64,000 bases of DNA from a virus (Duplodnaviria; Caudoviricetes): positions 1 to 64,000 of IMG/VR virus record IMGVR_UViG_3300005805_000064; one strand, written 5' to 3'. The position numbers and the translations under genes were made by a program. Below are positions 9,173 through 17,317 of the stretch, one piece after another; positions within the stretch are counted from its first letter, which is position 1; each line of letters opens with the position of its first letter. The notes below the pieces were generated by a model, which was not told the origin of the DNA, made no database searches, and saw nothing but the letters and a program-made list of their open reading frames with translations.

Positions 9173-9578
9173 CTTTGGTCAACTCTACTAGCATCTTGTA
9201 TTGGTTATATGCATTGACTACAGCAGGTGCATCAGTTGCTTTTGGTGCGATCTCAAGCCACACTTGATCTCTAGTCATTTCCGGATGAACAAATCCTTGA
9301 AAATTATTATTCAGCCTAGGCTGATGGATCTTACCATGCTCATACAGTCTATAAGCCAAGTCTTTTACTTCATCAAGATCAAATTCACTCAACTCATAAT
9401 TACCGGGTTTGGTCGCCCATTTATTGCCATCATTGTGATATTGTTCTACTACCCGCATGAGTCCATCCATGTCCTTAAAGGCAGTGCGTGTGATGATGAC
9501 CAAAACATCATCCTCGGACACTTCACCCGCCATGATGGATTTCAAGCAACCACCAAAACTTGTACCGACTAGCATCAT
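9150..9578 (-). CDS. Hypothetical phage protein
   Basis: 142-aa ORF with overlapping starts/stops with neighbours. Confidence 0.7.
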   Translation of the reverse strand: MMLVGTSFGGCLKSIMAGEVSEDDVLVIITRTAFKDMDGLMRVVEQYHNDGNKWATKPGNYELSEFDLDEVKDLAYRLYEHGKIHQPRLNNNFQGFVHPEMTRDQVWLEIAPKATDAPAVVNAYNQYKMLVELTKDELDHQY

Positions 9579-9946
9579 ACGATCATCTTTCTTTCTTGCT
9601 TGACATAATCGCTGTAAATTTTGTTACCATTTTCACGGATCCATTCAACGATTGGTTGTGGATCTTCGGCAAAGATTTTACGAACCTCGCGCTCAGACAT
9701 AGTAGTACTGAAACTATAAATCTCATAACTACGCTGGCTGTTTGCTCTAGCCCTCATGATCAACAATTGTAGTGGAATAGGATTTGGTCTTTTACCGATA
9801 GACTCTTCTTTCAATGTCTTCCAGACTTTTTCCTTCTCATAATTTTCTACCTCAAGCATAGCATCATCAATGCTAAAGATAGACTCAAGACCCAACATGT
9901 CCCAGACTACAAGAAAAGATTTATCTTTCTTTTTTCTTGAGAGCAT
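9575..9946 (-). CDS. Hypothetical phage protein
   Basis: 123-aa ORF, ATGA coupling. Confidence 0.7.
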   Translation of the reverse strand: MLSRKKKDKSFLVVWDMLGLESIFSIDDAMLEVENYEKEKVWKTLKEESIGKRPNPIPLQLLIMRARANSQRSYEIYSFSTTMSEREVRKIFAEDPQPIVEWIRENGNKIYSDYVKQERKMIV

Positions 9947-10175
9947 ATACTATCTCCAATTTCTCTAATGCATCATTGATAGTTGGGTCATCATCTGCCA
10001 TGAATACCGCTTCTTTTAGATTAGCCCAACGCCTAGTTAGTTCTGCTTCTTTTTTATATACAGGATCTTCATACATGAGAGTTCGGTTTACATCGCCACC
10101 TCGGCGACTGTAAACCGTTTTACCACCATCTGGACTTTCGTAGATGGTTATCTCTTCAATGTTTTTTATGATCAT
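9921..10175 (-). CDS. Hypothetical phage protein (IYESPDGGKTVY motif)
   Basis: Start moved to MIIKNIEE to avoid a long overlap with the vWA gene. Confidence 0.65.
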   Translation of the reverse strand: MIIKNIEEITIYESPDGGKTVYSRRGGDVNRTLMYEDPVYKKEAELTRRWANLKEAVFMADDDPTINDALEKLEIVYALKKKER

Positions 10176-11466
10176 CGTACAATGCGAAAGTGCCGAACGG
10201 TGGGTTCGGGTTCGGATCGCCATGAATGATCCATGTCGTATCACAATAGTTAGCATCGCCCCAACTGCCGAAGGGGTAGCCATCTGTGAACACGATCAAG
10301 CGAGTGGGCACTCGACCCTCTTTCTTGAGATAGTTGAAGATGCAATCGAAATCAGTACCGCCGCCACCGACAAGCTCATACTGATCAACAGTATCAAGAT
10401 TCTCGCTAGTGAAAGTCTTGGGGTTATAGACCTCAGTATCGAAACATGCGATATTGATGCGATAGCCATCGAATGCGCTCATCATTCCAGCAACCTCGCT
10501 GATGAATGCCTTGCCTTGGGCATCAGAGATTGAACCCGACAAGTCGATGAAAACATCAACATCGATCTCCTCGCCGGGAGTCATTGCAGGCATGATCGCA
10601 TCCATGTGCCAGCCCCTGCGACTCGGGCGCATGAAACTAAAGTCAGTCTTGATCGCACTGGTCAGATTAGTCTGAATCAGTTCACGCCAGGGCATGACAG
10701 GGTTAGTAACATCTTTGATAAGACGCTCGACACCTTTGGGCAGACTGCCTGCTTCTGCGCTACTTGCGGCATTGAGAATAGCCTGCTTGATCTCTTGCTT
10801 AAGAGCCTCACGCTCTTCATCACTCATCTTCGGGCGCTTGCCTTTACCCTTACTTTCAGGGCCGTCACCCTCGCCATCACTCTCGCCTTCGCCATCACCG
10901 TCACCATCGAGGTGATCATCAAGCAACTGATTGACCAGATCATCCATGCTGATCTTTTGAACATTCTTCATAAGATCGTCATAGATTTCTTCACTAGCCT
11001 TGCCATCATACTTTGCCTCGTACAAGCAAGGCACCGTAGTGATGAACTGGCCCACTTTGTGACGCTTCAAGTCAGCATTCACCGCATAGTCGTTTGCCAC
11101 ATTAAAGATTTGCGGGTCACGCTCACCTCGGCGACCAAAGTGATCATAGACAACATGCAACACTTCATGCGCTACAAGAAACTCAACCTCTTTAGGCTTC
11201 AGCAACATGATGAAGCGGCTGTTGTAATAGAATTTACGGCCGTCAGTCGCGGCAGTAGCACACCAGTCATCGGCGTTGATCAACACCAGGCGTGTAGCAA
11301 GATTGCCAAAGAAACTATGACGCAACAACAGACCGATACGGGCAGTCACCAATCGTTCACGGGCTTCACGATCAACCTTGGGGTCAGTGGGCCCGATCAA
11401 GTTGTCGAACTTCTTATTACGCTTAGACTTTTTAGCACCTTTAGTGCCGGGAATTACATCTGACAT
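10156..11466 (-). CDS. Putative metallopeptidase-like (HExxH) + vWA domain protein, MoxR partner
   Basis: VAHEVLH, acidic Gly-rich linker, MIDAS motif IDLSGSI, GGGGTDF, VFTDGY; AGGAG RBS before MSDVIP. Confidence 0.88.
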   Translation of the reverse strand: MSDVIPGTKGAKKSKRNKKFDNLIGPTDPKVDREARERLVTARIGLLLRHSFFGNLATRLVLINADDWCATAATDGRKFYYNSRFIMLLKPKEVEFLVAHEVLHVVYDHFGRRGERDPQIFNVANDYAVNADLKRHKVGQFITTVPCLYEAKYDGKASEEIYDDLMKNVQKISMDDLVNQLLDDHLDGDGDGEGESDGEGDGPESKGKGKRPKMSDEEREALKQEIKQAILNAASSAEAGSLPKGVERLIKDVTNPVMPWRELIQTNLTSAIKTDFSFMRPSRRGWHMDAIMPAMTPGEEIDVDVFIDLSGSISDAQGKAFISEVAGMMSAFDGYRINIACFDTEVYNPKTFTSENLDTVDQYELVGGGGTDFDCIFNYLKKEGRVPTRLIVFTDGYPFGSWGDANYCDTTWIIHGDPNPNPPFGTFALYDDHKKH

Positions 11467-11495
11467 ATGCACACTCCTATCAATCATATGTATAT

Positions 11496-11524
11496 ATTAT
11501 ACAGAAATACAGGGATAGAGTCAA
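11496..11524 (-). promoter_or_regulatory. Sigma70-type early promoter
   Basis: TTGACT-17 nt-TATAAT. Confidence 0.85.
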
Positions 11525-11530
11525 GCCTGC

Positions 11531-11556
11531 TAAGTTGTTGTTTTTAAACAACATTT
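11531..11556. repeat. 26-nt dyad element, copy 1
   Basis: TAAGTTGTTGTTTTTAAACAACATTT, identical to 14072-14097; contains TGTTGTTT-N2-AAACAACA. Confidence 0.85.
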
Positions 11557-12150
11557 TCAAGCGGCATCGTACCAACGGATATACAAGATTCCTACATGGT
11601 TTTTTTCTTTAGGAAAATACCCATGGCCTAGATTCATATTGTGCCCAAATAACTTGTTAGATTCCACTGTGGTCCTGACTCCTATATTCCAGAATTCTGG
11701 ACCTTCTGGTGTGGGACTTACCATGAATTCACTATTGACTTCATGCCTCGTCAAACTTAGCATAGTAAACCATAACTTCAACGGGTCTTGTATGTGTTCT
11801 ATGAGATTGAAATCTTTATGCCAACCATATGCCTTCATACCAGGCAGGGGATGAGGATCTACTATCGTCATGAGATTGAACAATATGGGCACTTTGACAC
11901 CTTGCTGAATCAATCTATTTTCTAGTAGTTCTATCAATATCCTAGTAGTGTCAGGTAGATTATCTTTAAAAATAGAATTGTCACGATATCTGTTAGATGA
12001 CGCTTCCCCGTTTCCAGTAGAAACATTTCCGTCTATATCAACTGAGAGTCCAAGATCGATGCATTGATTAGTTGGATAAAGCATTCGTTCATGAAGAACC
12101 TGATCTAAAAAATCGGGTTCATAAAACCAATTATACTTTGTCTGACTCAT
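11557..12150 (-). CDS. Hypothetical protein, possibly 2OG-Fe(II) oxygenase-like
   Basis: GWHKD (HxD) and distal LGHG His; weak. Confidence 0.45.
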   Translation of the reverse strand: MSQTKYNWFYEPDFLDQVLHERMLYPTNQCIDLGLSVDIDGNVSTGNGEASSNRYRDNSIFKDNLPDTTRILIELLENRLIQQGVKVPILFNLMTIVDPHPLPGMKAYGWHKDFNLIEHIQDPLKLWFTMLSLTRHEVNSEFMVSPTPEGPEFWNIGVRTTVESNKLFGHNMNLGHGYFPKEKNHVGILYIRWYDAA

Positions 12151-12158
12151 AAAAGGTA

Positions 12159-12211
12159 CCTGCCCAATAGATGCTATCGACTCTCACATTACTTAGCATC
12201 TATCGGGCAGG
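12159..12211 (-). terminator. Long hairpin after the MoxR gene (terminator or regulatory)
   Basis: CCTGCCC.ATAGATGCTA ... TAGCATCTAT.GGGCAGG arms; followed by TACCTTTT on the minus strand. Confidence 0.65.
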
Positions 12212-12227
12212 ATTTAAACTAAACTAA

Positions 12228-13322
12228 TTAGTTACCAGCCTCGACAATGTACTTGCCGTACTTCTTGTGGAACTCGTCAAAGTTCTTCAACTGACTGGGT
12301 TCGATCGGCAACTTGAAAGTCTTGAGTGCGATCTTAGCACCCATAACAACCAACTCAGTCTCAAAGTTAGCCATCATGTAGTTGAAGAAATTGTCAGCCA
12401 TCTGATGGAACTTCTTGCTATCGACCTTGTTCTCAACAGCATCACGCAATTCGTAGCACATTGAAGTAGTCAACGAATACATAGCCGAGATTTCTTTGAC
12501 ATTCAGTTCCTTGACCTTGCCTGACAAGATATCACTGGGGTTAGGCATCTTGCTAGAAATCTTGCGGTGAGCCATAAACTTGACTGCAAGACCCTCGCCT
12601 ACTGCCGCAGACACAAGATTGAACATAGTGTCAGTATCAGTATCCTCTTCATCATCAAGAATTTGCGATACGAATGTCCAACTACGCGGGGTAGCGAATG
12701 CTCGGCTAGACGATTTGTTATCGAAATCGTATAGATCCTGTTTCGCAAACGACAAGTAACCTACAACGTCAGTATGAATGCCTGAGTTGACGGCCCAAGT
12801 CTGCCAACTTGCGAAATCGGCTCGCATTTCAATATGCAAGAAACGATTAGCGAGGGGCATCGGCATGCGATAAGTCACACCCTTGTCACTCTCGCGGTTA
12901 CCTGCCGCGACAATCACAACATTGTCGGGAAGAACATACTTGCCTACACGGCCGTTCAACACCAACTGATAACCTGCAGCCTGAACAGCGGGCGGTGCCG
13001 AGTTCATTTCATCGAGGAACAACACGATGATCGGATACTGATCAGCAAGTGCCTGATCGGGAAGATCGATGGGGGGAGCCCACTCCATGCGACCTGTATC
13101 TTTGTTGTAGTAGGGGATACCGCGCAAGTCAGTCGGCTCCATCTGCGCCATGCGCAGATCGATCATGAGTCCGCCTAGTTCGTTAGTGATGTCCTGAACG
13201 ACTTCACTCTTGCCGATACCGGGAGGGCCCCAGAGAAAGATCGGGCGCTTTGCCTTGAATGCCTTGAGAATTGCCTTGCGAGCCTGGACCGAAGTGACGG
13301 TCAAATTATCAGAAATAGCCAT
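12228..13322 (-). CDS. MoxR-like AAA+ ATPase
   Basis: Walker A GPPGIGKS, Walker B LFLDEMN, VAAGN sensor, LANRF arginine finger. Confidence 0.92.
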   Translation of the reverse strand: MAISDNLTVTSVQARKAILKAFKAKRPIFLWGPPGIGKSEVVQDITNELGGLMIDLRMAQMEPTDLRGIPYYNKDTGRMEWAPPIDLPDQALADQYPIIVLFLDEMNSAPPAVQAAGYQLVLNGRVGKYVLPDNVVIVAAGNRESDKGVTYRMPMPLANRFLHIEMRADFASWQTWAVNSGIHTDVVGYLSFAKQDLYDFDNKSSSRAFATPRSWTFVSQILDDEEDTDTDTMFNLVSAAVGEGLAVKFMAHRKISSKMPNPSDILSGKVKELNVKEISAMYSLTTSMCYELRDAVENKVDSKKFHQMADNFFNYMMANFETELVVMGAKIALKTFKLPIEPSQLKNFDEFHKKYGKYIVEAGN

Positions 13323-13355
13323 GTGAGAGTCTCCTATAAAAAACGATATGTATGA

Positions 13356-13384
13356 AGTATAGTACCTTCAAACGCTAATGTCAA
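13356..13384 (-). promoter_or_regulatory. Sigma70-type early promoter
   Basis: TTGACA-17 nt-TATACT. Confidence 0.85.
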
Positions 13385-13635
13385 GCCTGATATCGCTCAT
13401 ATGAACGAATCGGGCAACGATTGTAGTAGGTGCGCTTTTTGTAGTCTACAGACTCGCCCTTGCTACGCAGGGTATCGATGAACAATCCGAGGTCGCAATC
13501 TTCCTCAAGGTACACCGTGTCACCATTCTGATACGAAAATTGGGTGATCTTATCGGCGATGCCCAATTCGATGAGCAGGCTGCGTTTGACAGCACCCCAA
13601 CCATGACCCGGATCCTCGTAAAACTTAATCTTCAT
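13381..13635 (-). CDS. Hypothetical early protein (DPGHGW motif)
   Basis: 84 aa; own promoter and GGAG RBS. Confidence 0.75.
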   Translation of the reverse strand: MKIKFYEDPGHGWGAVKRSLLIELGIADKITQFSYQNGDTVYLEEDCDLGLFIDTLRSKGESVDYKKRTYYNRCPIRSYERYQA

Positions 13636-13664
13636 GTCACACTCCGTGAATCGACTATATGTGT

Positions 13665-13693
13665 ATTATGAACCCAAATCGTCCCAATGTCAA
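13665..13693 (-). promoter_or_regulatory. Sigma70-type early promoter
   Basis: TTGACA-17 nt-CATAAT. Confidence 0.8.
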
Positions 13694-13696
13694 GCC

Positions 13697-13993
13697 TTAC
13701 AGAGCCTGACGGATTCGGGACATGATGTACTGCTCACGACCTTGCAAGGTCGGGGGAAATCCTATGCTGGTCAGTAACTTCTGTACTCGGGGGCAGATAT
13801 AGCCCTTGCTCTCAAGAATCTTGAGGGGCGGTTCGCCTGCATCAAGACGGCTAAAGTATTCCTCGACCGTGAAATTTTTACAGAGGAATGTAAGAAACGA
13901 ACCACGACCACCACGCTTGAAACGGGCAACAAACTTGCCACCGTAAACAGCATACTCGCCGGGGGTAAACTCACTCTTTACAAACTTTGTCAT
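13697..13993 (-). CDS. Hypothetical early protein
   Basis: 98 aa; own promoter and GGAG RBS. Confidence 0.75.
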   Translation of the reverse strand: MTKFVKSEFTPGEYAVYGGKFVARFKRGGRGSFLTFLCKNFTVEEYFSRLDAGEPPLKILESKGYICPRVQKLLTSIGFPPTLQGREQYIMSRIRQAL

Positions 13994-14024
13994 ATCAGAC
14001 TCCGTATCTCAACTCTATATACGT

Positions 14025-14053
14025 ATTCTACGCCCAATCTGACCCAAAGTCAA
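14025..14053 (-). promoter_or_regulatory. Sigma70-type early promoter
   Basis: TTGACT-17 nt-TAGAAT. Confidence 0.82.
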
Positions 14054-14071
14054 GCCTTTTCTGAGGCTCTG

Positions 14072-14097
14072 TAAGTTGTTGTTTTTAAACAACATTT
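14072..14097. repeat. 26-nt dyad element, copy 2
   Basis: Identical to 11531-11556. Confidence 0.85.
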
Positions 14098-14356
14098 ATT
14101 CCGACAATTTTGCTATGATTATCATCTTTTCTAGATAATCTATCGCATTTTCTAGGTTTTCGCGGGGTTCATCTACAAGGCTAAACTTGTGCGACTGTCT
14201 AGCCCTGACTTCGGCGCTGCTCAAGGTAGAGACCATTTTCTCGATATTGTGCAGGTACTTGAACAAGTCTTTGTTGAAACTGATAGTGGCTAACTGTAGT
14301 CTTAAATCATCTACTACCCTTCGTGCCTCTAATGCAGTCTCAAACCTGCGCCGCAT
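14096..14356 (-). CDS. Hypothetical helical protein
   Basis: Start moved to MRRRFE, 1 nt after the upstream stop (TGA-T-ATG). Confidence 0.6.
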   Translation of the reverse strand: MRRRFETALEARRVVDDLRLQLATISFNKDLFKYLHNIEKMVSTLSSAEVRARQSHKFSLVDEPRENLENAIDYLEKMIIIAKLSE

Positions 14357-14357
14357 A

Positions 14358-15215
14358 TCACTTGAGCCCCATCTCCTGTCGGATCTTGGTTGCGCTGATG
14401 CTGTGAATTGCGTCATCGAAAACCTCTTGCTCAATCTTGTAACCTACATCACGCCCATATGTGATGTTCACGATATTGGGAACTACTTGTATAGTATACA
14501 TGCCTTGATAGAGAGGGTCAAGATCCCTTTTTATTCTGTCGGTAACTTGTTCGATAGCAAATGGGTTACTACCCTGCCAGCCTTGACAGTCACGGATCAT
14601 GATGCACACTTGACCCGTTTTTGCTAATGCTCTTTCGAACAATGCACGATGTCCTTTGTGCCATGGTTGCCAGCGACCTAACATCTGTACAGTTTCTTTC
14701 TGCCAGTTAAACACAGGTCTGCGCTGATTGTTCAATATCCTAGTACCGATATATGGCACCCAGAAATCTGCGTTCTGTTCATTGATACGGAAGTCGTAGA
14801 CGGTGGGCGGAACAAACGCTTTGTTAGTATCTTCAAACCTACCCTCATCTATAGTATCCACCCATATCACCCAGTCTGCTTTGAAATTATTGCGCATCTC
14901 TGGTAGTGGTGCTACGAAATCACAGATAACGAAATCACCTGTAGAACTCATAGCGAAATCAAACATGCGAATACTTTGACGAATGCGACCTTCTTTGCTG
15001 AAGTCCCAATCGTTAAATCTCTTGCGCACATCATCAGCATTGAACCAATCTACTTTTGCTGACCAATATGTAGGTGCTACTTCACGGTGTGCCATCGCTT
15101 CCCATGGCATATGCTGTAGTGTGCTATATTCTTCCAAATACTTTTTCAATCTCTCTGCGAGATATGTCTTACCTGATCCAGGTAAACCCATGATCAAAAT
15201 TCTTTTCGCTGCCAT
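14358..15215 (-). CDS. cysC: Adenylylsulfate kinase-like domain fused to an HxGH nucleotidyltransferase domain
   Basis: MGLPGSGKT P-loop, NADDVR, DFSKEGRIRQ, DFVAP; C-terminal GRWQPWHKGH and ISATKIR. Confidence 0.8.
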   Translation of the reverse strand: MAAKRILIMGLPGSGKTYLAERLKKYLEEYSTLQHMPWEAMAHREVAPTYWSAKVDWFNADDVRKRFNDWDFSKEGRIRQSIRMFDFAMSSTGDFVICDFVAPLPEMRNNFKADWVIWVDTIDEGRFEDTNKAFVPPTVYDFRINEQNADFWVPYIGTRILNNQRRPVFNWQKETVQMLGRWQPWHKGHRALFERALAKTGQVCIMIRDCQGWQGSNPFAIEQVTDRIKRDLDPLYQGMYTIQVVPNIVNITYGRDVGYKIEQEVFDDAIHSISATKIRQEMGLK

Positions 15216-15225
15216 ATAATCCTTT

Positions 15226-16629
15226 CTATATTTTCCCGTTAGTTTTTAATTTAGGGGGTATGCCTGCACGACTTATTTTATTACCAAACTTCTTTGCGTC
15301 TTTTTTCATAGTATCCGGTTGAACATCTACAGTCAATGCTGTCTTAAATCTAGGATCATTCTTTTCTTTTTCGCTAGGTATATATCCACTTGCACTTTCT
15401 ATCATCATCTTAGATTTTTTAGTTTTCTTATCAAATACTGAAACTATTTGCCCTCTTACTTTAGCGACAAGCGTATTATCATCTTCGCCATAACTGTATG
15501 CTACTTGATCTCTAAAATACCTATTTAAATCATTCATCCATGCGTCTATAAGTGTGGGAAGATCGACATACTTTTGCTTGTAATCATCTTTGCTGCGTCT
15601 ACCTTCACCTACATTGTAGGTAGGATCAGTTTTAATACCTTTCTTAGGTTCATGTCCTTTAGGATCGATATCAGTTACATCTAATCCAGTTTTATGTAAT
15701 GCATCAATATATTGATGTTCTAAATCTTCGTCACCAAACGATAAAATAGTGCTTGGTGGTCCTTTGCCAAAATCATGTTTTCCTAAACCCTTTAAATCAC
15801 TAATATGTTGACCTAACTTATACCAGTCATATACATCACTAACATCTACCCTAACTGTTCCCATTGGCATAGTCGGCGGGAACTCTGGACCTCTTGGCTT
15901 TGCATTTGGATGATAATCTTCTAGGCTTAGTTCTTCGCTACGCAATTCACTCTTTAGATCCCATAACTTTTGAATAAGACCTTGCTTGCGCAATGCTTTG
16001 AATGCTAGATTTTCTGGACCGAACTCACCTGTCTTTTCAAGACCTGCTCTGCGATAACGTTTGACGATATCAAGTGCTTTATCTACACGCTTGAGGCTTC
16101 TTGTCTTGATCGCTAATTCTATGAACTCACCTAACTTCTCGTACTTTGCTCTTGTAGCAGATTGATCAAAATTTGCTCTGCGCTTGACTGGCATCTTGAT
16201 CCAGTCTTTCTTTAGTACGCTATATTCGCCGAGGCTATGATGTGGCTGATTGCTGTCTTGCACATATAGTTCTACAGGAACTCCGTGAACTTTGATATCG
16301 TGCGTGTCATTGTATATGGTCTTCTTAGCGTTGAACAATTCTCTATAGACTTCATCGTCGGGCAACTTGTCGAAATCGACTAGTAGATGCAAGTCTAGAT
16401 CACTGTGCGGAGTATATGAGTAGGCCGCATTGCTTCCGCTTATAGTGATATCTTCTACTTTGAGGCTGCTCAAGCCTAAATAAGTCATGAAATCCTTTGC
16501 GATATCCATGAGCCTTTCATGTACCTCGGGGTCTAAACTACCCTTATCGGTCCATAACGCAGGGTTAAGTTTGTCGTGAAACTTAACAGCATCGGCTAAG
16601 TTAAAACTCTCAAGTTCTTTGATATCCAT
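15226..16629 (-). CDS. Pol-beta-superfamily nucleotidyltransferase domain plus appended modules
   Basis: ISGSNAAYSYTPHSDLDLHL (GS...DxD) and VELYVQD; C-terminal half is a string of unrelated short modules. Confidence 0.7.
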   Translation of the reverse strand: MDIKELESFNLADAVKFHDKLNPALWTDKGSLDPEVHERLMDIAKDFMTYLGLSSLKVEDITISGSNAAYSYTPHSDLDLHLLVDFDKLPDDEVYRELFNAKKTIYNDTHDIKVHGVPVELYVQDSNQPHHSLGEYSVLKKDWIKMPVKRRANFDQSATRAKYEKLGEFIELAIKTRSLKRVDKALDIVKRYRRAGLEKTGEFGPENLAFKALRKQGLIQKLWDLKSELRSEELSLEDYHPNAKPRGPEFPPTMPMGTVRVDVSDVYDWYKLGQHISDLKGLGKHDFGKGPPSTILSFGDEDLEHQYIDALHKTGLDVTDIDPKGHEPKKGIKTDPTYNVGEGRRSKDDYKQKYVDLPTLIDAWMNDLNRYFRDQVAYSYGEDDNTLVAKVRGQIVSVFDKKTKKSKMMIESASGYIPSEKEKNDPRFKTALTVDVQPDTMKKDAKKFGNKISRAGIPPKLKTNGKI

Positions 16630-16648
16630 GCTAGTATTTAGTTGTAGA

Positions 16649-17275
16649 TCATTTATAGAAATCTTCGAAATCTATCATAAACGATCCACCCGCACCGTAA
16701 CTATCACCTGAAAAATTATAGGGCTCAAAGCAAGTCCAGGGCATGATAATCAGATAACCCATTCTCTCTTTGGTAACTTTTTCTACATAGTGATGGGAAT
16801 AGTGAGAATTTAACCAAAAGGCCCCGCTGTATTTTTTCACAGGAGCCTGATAAGTTATATTATTCTGTTTATCTATGAAGGTAGTGCCCTGCTCACAGTC
16901 TTGCATGTGCAATACTCCGCTCAAGAAAAACACTTTAGGATCTTCGTGCAACCCTTGCTGCCAGCCTATTTCATCTTTAAATACTGCTATATTGACTTTT
17001 GTATTGTCTAAAACTGTTTTAGGAACTATGGGCCAAGTATGAAAAAAATTTTTATGTGAGAATAATAATGGTACTATTTTATGATAAATTAAATTCTCAA
17101 AATATGATCTCACCTGCTCCGTGACTTCTCCGGAGTCCAAGTATCTATTTTTTCCTTCATCCGTAGCGTACCCGGGTTTTGCCTCAAAACCGGATGATTG
17201 GTGAATATCAAAAGCCAAATCATAACATTCTACGACTGGATGAATAAGTTCGGTTACTAGTCTAAGTTTTTCCAT
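16649..17275 (-). CDS. Putative 2OG-Fe(II) oxygenase
   Basis: GLHED (HxD), SGVLHM, GTTF, SHHYVE, ERMG pattern of a DSBH fold. Confidence 0.6.
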   Translation of the reverse strand: MEKLRLVTELIHPVVECYDLAFDIHQSSGFEAKPGYATDEGKNRYLDSGEVTEQVRSYFENLIYHKIVPLLFSHKNFFHTWPIVPKTVLDNTKVNIAVFKDEIGWQQGLHEDPKVFFLSGVLHMQDCEQGTTFIDKQNNITYQAPVKKYSGAFWLNSHYSHHYVEKVTKERMGYLIIMPWTCFEPYNFSGDSYGAGGSFMIDFEDFYK

Positions 17276-17280
17276 GCAAA

Positions 17281-17288
17281 TATTTATA
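17281..17288 (-). promoter_or_regulatory. T4-type late promoter TATAAATA
   Basis: Exact TATAAATA 5 nt before the ATG at 17275. Confidence 0.65.
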
Positions 17289-17290
17289 AA

Positions 17291-17316
17291 AGAAAAGGCT
17301 CCGAAGAGCCTTTTCT
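17291..17316 (-). terminator. Intrinsic terminator ending the tmRNA transcript
   Basis: AGAAAAGGCTC-TTCG-GAGCCTTTTCT (C-UUCG-G tetraloop), followed by T-rich sequence. Confidence 0.88.
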
Positions 17317-17317
17317 G

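Noticed and set aside
10606-11463. 285-aa plus-strand ORF (and similar ones at 856, 1405, 10144, 14187, 39233, 53260)
   Set aside because: Antisense shadows of well-supported minus-strand genes, with no motifs or RBS
13638-13650. TCAC-GGAGT-GTGA mini-hairpin around an RBS
   Set aside because: A 4-bp stem is expected by chance
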